Under the pieces are notes generated by a model. It was not told the origin of the DNA. It did not search any database and saw nothing but the letters and a program-made list of their open reading frames with translations. Below, piece by piece: positions 49,341-61,504 of a stretch of 64,000 nucleotides of DNA. Source of the stretch: Eledone cirrhosa (Eukaryota); contig OZ024743.1 of assembly GCA_964016885.1 (NCBI GenBank), positions 121,644,001-121,708,000 on the forward strand. The letters run 5' to 3'. Positions within the stretch are counted from its first letter, which is position 1, and each line of letters starts with the position of its first letter. A program made the position numbers and the translations under genes.

Positions 49341-50285
49341 GGTGCATCTAGCATCTTCTGATGTACATAAGGTGCATCTGAGAACGATGACTAATCTCTC
49401 AGAAGTACTTTTTTATCAAACTCAAATAGACGAAAGGCAAAGTTGAGCTTGGGAGATCTGATGTAGAACATGTCCATCTTTAATGCTTGTAGACGTGGGT
49501 TATGCAGGCAAGGTGTAATAAGCGGGAGGGTTTGGAGAGAAAGACAAGTAAGCAAGTATGCCATCGATGGGATGCATTGGATATTTAGCTGGAGAGGGCA
49601 GCGTATAAAGACCAGGAGTTAATCTTTGTCCAAAAGCTAAAATTTTGTATTTTGGAAGTTAATCAGCAGAAGTTCATAGCTTCATCTTTCTATTTACAAG
49701 CGGTCACTTTAAGTCATTAAACATAGTTAAATACTTGTATAAATCACCCCATGATGGAAAAAGTATCCAGTCCACCCTGTTAGGTGGTCATTCTGGTGCC
49801 AATCCATATTGTAATGTGGTTGGCATTAGGAGGGGTATTAAGATTAGGGAAGATTACACAGGGCTAAACACACTTTTCAGAACTATCAGTTAAAACATTA
49901 ATGACCCAACAAAGATTGATACAACTAGAAACCAAGAGCACTTCAGATTTTATATACAGGTTTGCCCTCTCCTAGATTGATGCCCTGACTAGAGCTATGG
50001 GTCTATCACTCCTTAGATATACACATCTACACACAACATATAAATATATATATACACTATTGGATGGCTATGAATTCTCCTAAGTTCCAGTGCCCTTTGA
50101 CAGGTTTTGTTTTTCATCCCGCAGGGTGTCCAAAAATCACCCTCCTCACCAAGCAAGCTTGGTGGGGGTTGCCTTGCCAACAACCTAGCCATGTGACAGG
50201 TTGTTCTGGGCTACTTGTTACCAGTAGCACTATACATACATACATACATACATACATACATACATACATACATACATACATACAT

Positions 50286-50316
<31 letters not shown>

Positions 50317-51844
50317 TACATACATGATGGCTGCAACTCAATTTCGAGTAATGCCATTGTTTGATACTTAAGCATGAGCATCACAGACATGGCCTTTTAG
50401 TCCTGCTAGGGACTTGCCTATGGCCAGCAATACCGTGAATCACAAAAGATATCACATATCAAGCGGTGCCTGTGCTTCAAGCTTTTTTAAGTAAGGAAAG
50501 ACTGCATGGGGCTAATCCCACTCTCTAAACATTGAATGCATTTGCCCAAAAAGAAGAACTGGTCTACATCATTGGATGCAAACGAAATCGCAGGTTTTAT
50601 ATCAGAGCGACCTTCTCCTAGAGAGATGTCTTAATGAAGACTAGGAGTCCCTTGCACCACAAAAAGAATATCTTAATTGGATGGCAGTTGACTCTACTGA
50701 GTTCCTCTTCCCTTTGACAGGCTTTGTTTTTCATGCTGCAGGGTGTCTAAAATCACCCTCCTCACCAAGCAAGCTTGGTGAGGTTTGCTGGTTTACTCAC
50801 CACTGACCCGACCATGCACAGGTTGTACTGGGTTACACAGGTTGTACTGTTACCAGTAGCACTGAAGAATGAGCTGACATACATACATATGAATATATAT
50901 GCAAGAGAGGTGACTGTGATGCACATGAAGGATGACAGATGCATATAGAAATGCCAGGTAGTCAAAGTTGATGGAAACTATGGAAGAAGACTTAGCAAAG
51001 ATTGGGATGATGTTGTAAAAGTTGACTTCATCTAATTAAAATTCACTGGCAATATGCCATACTGCAGAAGAATAGCTTTCTCATGTATAACGGATAAGGC
51101 ATGCATGGAGGGCAGTAGTTTGCACCAATCTTCACATTATCTAAGTACCACAACTTAGCCTTCCTCCACTCACTTCCCTCCATCTCCACCCTGCTAGTCC
51201 AACTCTTTCTAGTATGACCCCCCCCCCCCCCATCACACCCCACCCCTACCTTCATCCCCACCTCCTAGCCAAGCACAAACCATACCAACACACACACACC
51301 CCTTCCATGCCAACATGGAAAGCAGAGCATGCCACACCTTATACCACAATAAAATGCATGGATAGGATATGGAAAATAGATGTTTAACAATGATGGGTTT
51401 CACTGACCCCTACTCTTTGCTATATCCTTGGTAGAGTAGAGCTTTGATGTTCAACCCATGCATGCATGGAAATCCAGACACACTCAATAATATACTGCCA
51501 AGCACAGCATTACTTCAAAGCCACCCTCATGACATCACTTGCTTTCCCACAAGGTTGATGCCATCACAAAATACAACCAGTCATCTCTGTGTGGTGATAA
51601 TGCTGGTACCATAACAAAAAACACTCAGTCCACTCTGTAAGGTGGTAGTAGTGACACCACAAAAAAGCACCCAAGAAACACTAATGTAGTTGGCACAAGG
51701 AAGGACATCTAGCCTTAGAAAACCAAGCCAAAAAACAGATTGTATGAGCATGACGTAATTACTTGATTTGTCTGGACTCATAATGTGGCAGCCCATCTAA
51801 CCCATGCAAGCATGGAAAATTGATTTTAAATTATGATTATATAT

Positions 51845-51949
<105 letters not shown>

Positions 51950-51968
51950 CATATATATATATATCTAT

Positions 51969-52455
51969 CTAAGGCGGGTAAAATTCCCGAGATCCATGGA
52001 CGAGTTCTCTCCAGCGGTCTCTGTCCCTCATTATCGCTGCCATATCCTGCATCTCCAACAGACCAGTGTCTGTCCTTAGGGCATCAACATATGTTAACCT
52101 TGGTCTTCCTCTTCTAGTGTGTCCATGTAGGGGCTCCCAAAGGAGCACTGAGTGCAATGTCAACTCTGGATGTTGGTGAGCATGTCCAGCCAACCTCAGT
52201 CTCCTCTGTGTCACTTTTGAGCTGACTTTTGGGATGCTCCCATACAGCTTTGAGTTTTTCATCCTCAGTGTATACTGATTAATGTTCAGAGCCATCCTCA
52301 GCATTCTCGTGTAGCACCCATTCACCATCTGAGTGAGTTTCTTGGTCAGTGTCCAAGTCTCAGACCCATACAGCAGCACAGACTCCACTACAGCAATGAA
52401 GAGGCGGATTTTCAGGTCTCTACGAAGGTCCGACTTCCACACCGATCTCAAGCTG
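51969..52455 (-). mobile_element. RTE-group LINE 3' fragment
   Basis: [49 protein letters not shown]. Confidence 0.85.
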
Positions 52456-52622
52456 TCCTGGGTATGACATTAAACTACATCCAGTGGCATATATATATAT
52501 AATCATAATTTAAAATTAAAATGAGGTGCCGGTAAACAACCAACATATACTCAAAATTTATATATATATATATATTAGGTATAGGATTATCCTATTATTT
52601 ACATTGTACATTTTAACCATTC

Positions 52623-52734
52623 TGCTCTGATGATACATTGGTCACAGCATTTGATAATTGAGTTTTGCAAATAGTTATAAATTTGCACATAGCATAACTA
52701 GGCTGTATAACCACCGTGGAAACATTTGTAAGCA
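52623..52734 (+). ncRNA. Type I hammerhead ribozyme with very long stem II
   Basis: tgct-CTGATGA-tac..tggt..acagc[...]gctgt..acca..gtg-GAAA-catttg-TA-agca; in an insert flanked by (TA)n. Confidence 0.7.
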
Positions 52735-52781
52735 CACAGAATAAATTACCTTTTTATGATGTCTACCTGTTATTATTCATT

Positions 52782-52838
<57 letters not shown>

Positions 52839-52841
<3 letters not shown>

Positions 52842-53103
52842 GTTATATTTAATTTGTTGGGATACAACAAGCAAAATATTTTTATAACTGGTATAAAGCA
52901 CTCAACAAATTAGGAGATTCCAACCAGAATGGTTGCATTTTTTAAGGGTATGTCAATATTTATTTATAAAACTAACCTATATTATATTTTATCTGATGAA
53001 AGCGCACCATAGTTTGCTCTGGTGGCCCTTGAAATATGTATAATGAAATAAATATGGTTTTATAAACATAGTTTCCATACAAATATAGTTTGTTAATATA
53101 TTG
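52839..53103. mobile_element. Family A pLTR fold-back: tail (minus, 52839-52912) joined to a tail-less pLTR (plus)
   Basis: Both parts homologous to 175-426; (TA)n flanks. Confidence 0.8.
52985..53050 (+). ncRNA. Minimal type I hammerhead ribozyme, family A
   Basis: tattttat-CTGATGA-aag..cacca..tggtg..ctt-GAAA-tatgta-TA-atgaaata. Confidence 0.82.
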
Positions 53104-53735
53104 TATATATATATATATATATATACACACACATATATATATATATATATATATGGGGGGGGGGTATGTGTATTTACACACACACATAGAGAGAGAGAGA
53201 GAGAGAGAGGGGGAGAGAGAGAGAGAGAGAGAGACATTCTCAATCATATATCACTAAAGGGCAATAACTCTCTTGTCAAAATATCACAACTTCAGGCTCA
53301 TGGGGTATGCTGTTTCTCCCCTCTATCTTTTTTATTGCTACTACAATAGATTATACTCCTTTAATGAGACTAGCTTGTCCCACATGTGTCTCTTCTTCCT
53401 CTCATTTCTCAGATTCTGCTCTAAATACCTACCTACATCTTTCCTCCCCAGACGTCAATAACATCCATCTTACCAATCTGGAATAACCTGCAATGGTTAT
53501 GGACACTCAACCACCTCCTTAATCTAAATTTTAAAATAAATATAAAAATAAAAATTCAGTTTACTGCATTGAGTTATGCTATACTGCAACACTGCAATGC
53601 TTAGAAGGTTATTTGTCATATTTCTAACTTCTTTTTAGACCTAATTGAATTACTAAAATATCTGAAGACTTTGCTATTTGACGAATTTAAGAAGATTGCA
53701 AAATTTCCCTGGCCAAAGCCTGAGCATTATATACA

Positions 53736-54285
53736 CTAGCAGAAAAACCACACTTCGCGTGGTTTTCTACTAGCATGTGTAGTGTGTATATTGATATTAT
53801 ACGCAAGTATATAAACATGTAGATATGATACTTCAAATAAAATCGTAATTGACAATATAAACAGAAATTGAACGAAGACGTTGTTACACTGTCTTATGTA
53901 ATCAGTAACGTAATCCATGATACATTAAAAAAAGACGATATTATATATAAACTGCATTAGGAGAAAATTAGTGACAGAAAATTAGTATGTTTATTTAAGT
54001 GATCGCCACCGGAAGTATTGACATCACACACTCTCTCTTTCTATATATATGGTAGTTGAAGTGGTGGTGGTGGTGGCAACGATATACCGGAAGTGCAACT
54101 TTGAAAAGAAGTCAATTTTAAATTATTTATTTTTACGAAATTATTTTTGTTTACGAAATTTAGTAGATAAATTATGTAATATTCATTTATTATTTATTCA
54201 AAGTAATCCAACTTATTTTACTAACGGGATAAAAAATAAATAAACCGTACGCAGTCCCGCAGACCTTCCTTTATTATAGTTGAGA
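53736..54285 (-). mobile_element. Non-autonomous Helitron
   Basis: 5' TC, 3' CTAG, hairpin aaaaccac..gtggtttt, A|T insertion site. Confidence 0.72.
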
Positions 54286-54339
54286 TAGCTAAGTTTGAGT
54301 AACAGCTTTTTTTTAGTTATTTACACATGAAATGGCTGT

Positions 54340-55760
54340 TCAAATGTATTGCATAAAGTGGAGATTGTCATGGATGGAGCTATTGGAAATAGCATGTCTG
54401 CGCCTCCTCTACCAGACCACTGACGACAAGTGCCAACTTTATCGCTAACACCATGACTAAAATTTTTAACTCAGCATTTAGTAGAGTTATGGGCCTAAAA
54501 TGATTCATAAAATCCCCTTCGTTTGGGTCTTTTCTCAGCAGTGCCACCGCTATTCGGCTCACAGAACTGGGAATTCTCTCATTTTGCTGCCAGTTTAGCA
54601 TATGAACGTAAAGCTCTTAGGGCAGACCATCCAAACCGGGCAATTTAGCGCCCGTGCAGCCAGTCATTGCCTTCTGTATTTCAGTGGCTGTTATTGGCTT
54701 TTCGCAACAATCTGCCTCTAACGTCAATAGCCACGGCAGGCGATCGAGATAGGCAGTGAAGCCTATCTCATGATCTGGCCCGCTACTGCTCCCGAATAAT
54801 TGGGCAAAGTGTTGCTGAAAAGCCACACACTTCTGCTTGGGATCGAGTAACATGCGCACGTCATGGTGCGCCAAAGATCGGATTTTTGGCTTTGTTGCCA
54901 CACTGCACTGCTACCAATCGGGCCCATTGAATGGCTTTCTTCCCCTCATGTCCAAGAGCATACACCTTAGTACTGACCATGCACCCTTTGTGCTTAGCAT
55001 TGAAGAATTGGTCCAGGGCCAATCTCACTGCAAGAACATTGGTTGCAATATCTTTGTTAATTGCCTCTTCAAGTTTTTTAACTAGCTCTCCCTCTACTCT
55101 AATTTGTTCTACTGCTATGGCTTTGCTAAACCTTATTGATTCTAATCTAATTGCTTTTTTCATGGTGTACTACCAGTTGTTGTAGACGATTGCCCCTGTC
55201 AAGGCCCGCTTAACTAATTCACTAATCCAATTTCTGTAGACTTTTCGCATTGAGAATAAGGCGTTCAACTTCCAGTAACAGGGTCCTTGCCTATGGAGCC
55301 TATCTAGATCTACTACATACGTCAAAAATTTGTGGTCTGTGTATGCAACTATTTTAAATTGTGGACAACTTCTGCTATACTTACGTACTTCCCTAGAAAA
55401 TACCCTATCTAGATACAATCTGGATAAACTGATTCGGTTAGTTCATGTCCACATTGGTGCATTCAGGAAATCCATTCAGTACGTATAAGACAGCTGGAAG
55501 CGTCTGAGCAGGTTGATATGGCTTTTTACACCCTCCTCTCCTATCCGCTAGTCCCACATAGTCCCAGCATGCATCTAAGATACCATTCCAGTCACTCACA
55601 AAGACTAGAAAGTTTTCAAGGCATCAGAATCAATCAGTTCATCCTGCCCCTGTTGGAGCATAGATGGCCACTAACCTGAAGGTGTGCCCTTCACTGCTGA
55701 TCATGTCAAGCACCACCGAGTTACCTTCTGGGTCTAGGAAGATGGTCCGTATTGCAAGAT
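54340..55760 (-). mobile_element. Degenerate L1/Tx1-clade LINE (EN, linker, RT start)
   Basis: YLDRVF, TDHK, GPCYWKLN, LPGLDGLP, FRPITLLNAELKIL across frameshifted ORFs. Confidence 0.85.
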
Positions 55761-56142
55761 CCATTCTTTTTGTTGTTGTTGTTGTTGTTGTTGTTGTTAT
55801 TGTTGTTATTCATGTTGGATTTGTTTTCATTATCTGCTCGAGTGTTTGAAACCATATTAATTAATATATTGATAATATGGTTTTGTGTTTCTTTAAAATC
55901 TATCTCCATTATAGAGACACTGTCTTCCTAATTTTTCGTTTCAGTTTGAGACAGCGACCCTCTCTATATATGAGACCTTCACTGCATTCTCCACGCTCTG
56001 TCTCTGAATTCGTGTTTATAATTTTCAAAAGAAAATGTTTAAATGACAAATTAAATAATGGGGGTTTTGTAACAACATGACTGAACCACCTATGAGAAGC
56101 ATAGGTGGTTCAGTCATGTTGAAACAACACCCCCACTATTTA

Positions 56143-57360
56143 TCAAAAGAACCCATTGAGACATCAAAAGGATTTTCTGGGTTTGATTTTTTTACCCAGG
56201 TTTCATCTTTGGCAAAAAGTAAAATTTTTCTGGCAAGCAAAATTACATCTTCCTCTAGTTCTGATATATCAGTAAATTGGCTTATTCCTCTTCCACACAC
56301 TTAAAGAGAAATTCCCCAATCACACTATCGGATTATATTGAGGTGACGGACTAGCAGTCTTTCATACCACCAATGGCTATGATCTTGACAAATTTCTTAA
56401 AATCACAATAGATACAAATCTAACTAATGCTAACTTCCTCGATATTAATCTTGATTTACTTACTGCTTCTTTTAAACCATATAATAAACCTAATGAAAAT
56501 TTAAGATATATAAATAAAGGGTCATGCCATCCCCCTATAGTATTTAAAAACCTTATCCTGAATATTAGTTGTAGGATATCAACCCTCTCTTCCTCAGAAG
56601 AAATATTTAATAAAGCAGCCCCTTATTATAATAAGGCTCTTAAAAATAGTGGTTTTAACGAATCAATCTAACCTAATCCTACTAATACAATTAAACATAA
56701 TAGTATTAGTAGGATTAGCAATAAAAACAAATGTAGGCAGAAAGTTCCTTGATCTCTTAGATAATCATTTTCCCCCAACAACATAGATATAATAAAATAT
56801 TTAATAGAAATTTAGTCAAGATTAGCTATTCATGCAGTCCTTCTATGAAATCCAAGATTACCAATGGAAAAATACACAGAAAATCCAGGATTTTCATGCA
56901 GAAATGCAGCAGAATGTCCTCTTCAGGATAAATGTAACATAAAATATATTGTATATGCGGCTAAAGTGACACCTGTAAACACCAACCAACCAGTTACCGG
57001 TAAGCGATAAGCGACACAAGATAAATTCAAACAACAATATTACGCACATGTCGCTTCCTTCAGACATCCTAAAAAAAAAAACCACGGCGCTGGCAGGCAG
57101 AGTGTGGGAGATGAAAGAACGTGGAGTTCCATATGTAATTGATTGGTCCATTTTAGACCTATCAAAAGAATACGCAAACAGTACAAAAAAATGTACTTTA
57201 TGCATAAATGAGGAATATAGAATTCTACAAAACCGGAGATCTCCAAATACTTGTCTTAACTCTAAAACTGAAATTTACAGAAGTTGTCTACATATAAGAT
57301 CACATCTGCTTTCCTGTTGGAATAAACATAGCATCAATTTGGACACACAACCACTCTGAA
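56143..57360 (+). mobile_element. Degenerate PLE with inverted 5' segment
   Basis: Plus strand: GLY*GDGL, NFLDINLDL, SCHPP, CTLCINEE, CLNSKTEIYRSCLH. Minus strand 56143-56300: VILLARK..WVKK..FDVSMGSFD. Confidence 0.82.
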
Positions 57361-57764
57361 CATACATTTCAATTATGAAATAGCATTAACACTAACTACT
57401 CTGAAGTTATATTCAATATGAACACATACATTTAGTTACACACAAACGACACTCACATATTGACTATGATTACATGCTTTTTGTTATACCAATAACACTT
57501 ACATATAGATTATTCTCATTTGCTTCACTATGTGTACTCTATAAGACGCATCGAATACTCCTTCTTTCTAATGATATATTTGACACACATATAATTTCAC
57601 TTACTTATAACACTTACATATGATTTTTATCCAATCTTACTTTATCCCTAATTATAGCCCCGAAACTCCACCCTGCAAATATACTTAACATATTCATAGA
57701 TATGTATGAATATTTTTGACTACTATTATATTTATTTTTTCTATGTATGAACTTACGTGTGTAT

Positions 57765-57812
<48 letters not shown>

Positions 57813-58626
57813 TTTATATGTAAGTGAACATTTTTTCTTTTGTACGTACAGTTTTATGTGTATATATGTATATGTATATATTATTAAATATGTGTATATA
57901 TATATATATACAAATGGAAGCTTAGTAAAATCGAAGCTTTGGCTGCGGCCAAGCAAAGTAGACCTACAATTAGGAATGAGTAGCAAAGCACTCAATAACG
58001 GTAGGTCCTCAGAGTAATAACATTACGTTTAGATATCTTGACAAATTGAAAATTACGGCAGACAAAACCCAACCATACAATACCAAAACTAATCAGGTAA
58101 GACATATATATTTGCATATATGATTTTGTGTGTATGTTTACATTTTGTGTATGCGTGTATGTATATTTATGTGTATGTGTATATGTATATATATATATAT
58201 ATATATGTATATGTCGTCATCATCATCATCACCACCATTTTACGTCCGTTCTTCCATGCAAGCATGGGTTAGACGGGTTGTCCTGTTGTGGGCAGTGTCC
58301 TGTCGGCTGACCTTGTCTTGCTCATACGGGAACTGATTCTGGCTTGATTTCTACAGCTGGACGCCCTTCCTAACACCGACCTCATTTACAGTGAGTGCTG
58401 GATGCTTTTTCCGTGGCGCTTACACGTCCACTTTACAGTGGATTAATAGGGACCCCAGTCCTATCATCTCATTTCTACAGCTGAGTAAACTGGAGCAATG
58501 TGAAATAAAGTGTCTTGCTCAAGGAAACAACACATCACACGGTCCGAGAATTGAACTCACAACCTTTCGATTACAAGGCCAATGCTCTAACCACTAAGCC
58601 TTCATGTGTGTATATGTATATGTATG

Positions 58627-58696
<70 letters not shown>

Positions 58697-58774
58697 GCAA
58701 AAGAAATGTATGTATATGTGTAAATATATGTATGTATATGTGTGTGTGTGTGTGTATATGTGTATGTATATGTG

Positions 58775-58833
<59 letters not shown>

Positions 58834-58839
<6 letters not shown>

Positions 58840-59042
58840 AGATCAAAAGATGGTTAAATGAGTTCCATGTATTTTATTATGCGCATTTCAAAAATTGAAA
58901 TGCGCATAATAAAATACATGGAACTCATTTAACCATCTTTTGATCTTATATATTATGTATACTCCAGTCCTACAAACTGTAGAGTGCTTCTTATCCGATA
59001 TCTGCATTGCTTTATTGTACTACAATAAAACTCACCTCCTAC
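58834..59042. mobile_element. Perfect 58-bp-arm palindrome plus PLE tail (minimal fold-back pLTR)
   Basis: 58834-58891 / 58895-58952; contains the HHR 3' half GAAA-tgcgca-TA-ataaaata; tail with tactcc..AGAGTGCTT. Confidence 0.75.
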
Positions 59043-59250
59043 ATATATATATATATGAGTGTGTGTGTGTGTATATATACATGTCTGTGTATGTATATAT
59101 GTGGGTATTTGTATGTCTAAATATGTATGTATGTATTTATAATAATATAATTATGCTTGCCTGTCTGTCTAATATGTGTATGTCCACATTGTATGTTTGT
59201 ATATATCTTTACACTGACTGACTTATATTGTATGTGCATATGTATATATT

Positions 59251-59285
<35 letters not shown>

Positions 59286-59722
59286 GAGTGTGTGAGTGTG
59301 TGTGTGTATGTGTGTATATATGTAATTGTTTTGTTTTTGTTTTTTTTATATATATACGTATGTATGTGTTTGTATGTACTTATGTATATTGTGTGTGCGT
59401 ATGTCTATGTGTGTGTGTGGATGTATGTGTGTACATGTATAAGTGTGTATATGTGGTTGATGTTTTTATATACTTATATAAGAATGTAATTGGATGTACG
59501 TATAGATGCGCGCGTATATTTTTATGTGTGTGTGCACATGTATGTATATTTAAATGTGTGTGCACATGTATATATTTTTTTTCCGTTATAAGATGTTATT
59601 TTAACTCAGCCTCACTTTCATTTTTAATAGATATTAATTTAAAATCTTATATCCAAAACAACTATTTCATCTGATGAACGAGCTGGACGTTTCTGTAAGT
59701 ATCGTTGTTTATTATGTAATTA

Positions 59723-59797
<75 letters not shown>

Positions 59798-59833
59798 ATT
59801 AACAAATGGAAACTATATTTATAAAACCATATT

Positions 59834-59898
59834 TATTTCATTATACATATTTCAAGGATACCAAGTTAAATTATGGTATGCCTTCATCAGACAAAATA
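59834..59898 (-). ncRNA. Minimal type I hammerhead ribozyme, family A, in solo pLTR 59795-59975
   Basis: Reverse complement reads tattttgt-CTGATGA-aggcatacca..tggtatcctt-GAAA-tatgta-TA-atgaaata. Confidence 0.85.
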
Positions 59899-59974
59899 CA
59901 ATATATACCAGTTTTATAAATAAACATTGACGTACCCTTTCAAAATGCAACCGTTACTTTTGGAAGACATCAGG

Positions 59975-60056
<82 letters not shown>

Positions 60057-60109
60057 AGATGGCGTAGGACAGAACAAAGGAGAGGCACAAAACAAAGAAA
60101 AGAATCCCA

Positions 60110-60152
60110 GTCATTGAAGAGGTCACAGAATGTGTGACGAAAGAACTTTGAC
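60110..60152 (+). ncRNA. Putative variant hammerhead ribozyme (U3 core)
   Basis: gtca-TTGAAGA-g-gtcaca(gaatg)tgtgac-GAAA-gaac-TT-tgac. Confidence 0.5.
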
Positions 60153-60735
60153 AATATATGAACAACCATCCGGTTGTGGAACCAACCAACCAACCGGAAA
60201 TTTATAAAATTTATAATAAACTGAAGTGAAACATCTGGTGAGTGTGTTTCTTATTGGCAACATGACCCTCCCAAAGTATAAGAATATATATATATATAGA
60301 AGTGGTTACACAACAATTAGTTTACCATACCGGTATGGTGAACTAACTGTTGTGAAACGACTTCTACCTAACTCGTCCCATGGACTGAGTGCTCTACTAC
60401 TACGGATATTACCTTCCAGTGTTCCACCATTATATATATATATATATGTATGAATGAAGTAATTCCGTCAGAAAGGTCCAGGAAAAAAGAGTGTTCTATG
60501 TAGGTTACAGAGCTTATAAGTTATGTAATAAACAACATAAGATAATTATTTCATTTACCAGTGGTTTCTTGAAAGCAAACAAAATTTGCTTTCAGTCATC
60601 AGAATGAAGAAATCCTGGTGTATTTATTGACTGGATTTTAAAAACAAAAATATAATCTATATGAAAGTGAGGCTGGAAAAGGAAGAAGGAAAGGAAAAAG
60701 AATAAATATAAAAGTAGATAAACACACATATACAT

Positions 60736-60788
<53 letters not shown>

Positions 60789-60807
60789 CATACACATAAA
60801 TACACAA

Positions 60808-60864
<57 letters not shown>

Positions 60865-61249
60865 TAATCATACATATATACACACGTACATACACACACA
60901 CACATAATCATACATATATACACACGTACATACACACACATACATACACACATATATACACGCATACATACGCACACACATATATAGATATATGTATACA
61001 CACCTACATACGCACACACAATTAATTATAAGAAAAAATAAAAATAAAAAAACAATGAACAACCATATAATGCAATAGGCCGTCACATAAAAATTAAAAA
61101 TATACGACTTAAGAAAATAAAAATTATTATAAAGTTGACAGCGATACAGGAAAGGACACAAATAGATAAACAAACACACGTGGTAAGCAATACACACATT
61201 TACACATACATACATCTAAATATATATACACACACACACATACACACAC

Positions 61250-61281
<32 letters not shown>

Positions 61282-61391
61282 GTGAATGAAGTAATTCCGT
61301 CGGAAAAGTCCAGGAAAAAAGAGTGCTCAACAGTAATGGTTGCATTTTGTAAGGGTATGTCAATATTTATTTATAAAACCGATATATATTG

Positions 61392-61456
61392 TATTTTGTC
61401 TGATGAAAGCATACCATAATTTAACATGGTGTCCTTGAAATATGTATAATAAAATA
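61392..61456 (+). ncRNA. Minimal type I hammerhead ribozyme, family A, in pLTR 61334-61500
   Basis: tattttgt-CTGATGA-aagcataccat..atggtgtcctt-GAAA-tatgta-TA-ataaaata. Confidence 0.87.
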
Positions 61457-61504
61457 GATATGGTTTTATAAATATAGTTTCCATTTGTTAATATCGTATA
61501 TATA

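Larger units (their letters stand above)
46731..49838. repeat. ~240-bp inverted repeat pair (46731-46971 / 49604-49838)
   Basis: Near-identical reverse complements. Confidence 0.88.

Noticed and set aside
54005-54100. Two CCGGAAGT ETS-like motifs suggesting a promoter
   Set aside because: They lie inside a Helitron copy; no linked exon identified
59665-59720. CTGATGA followed by a small stem
   Set aside because: No GAAA or matching stem I; cannot be folded as a hammerhead
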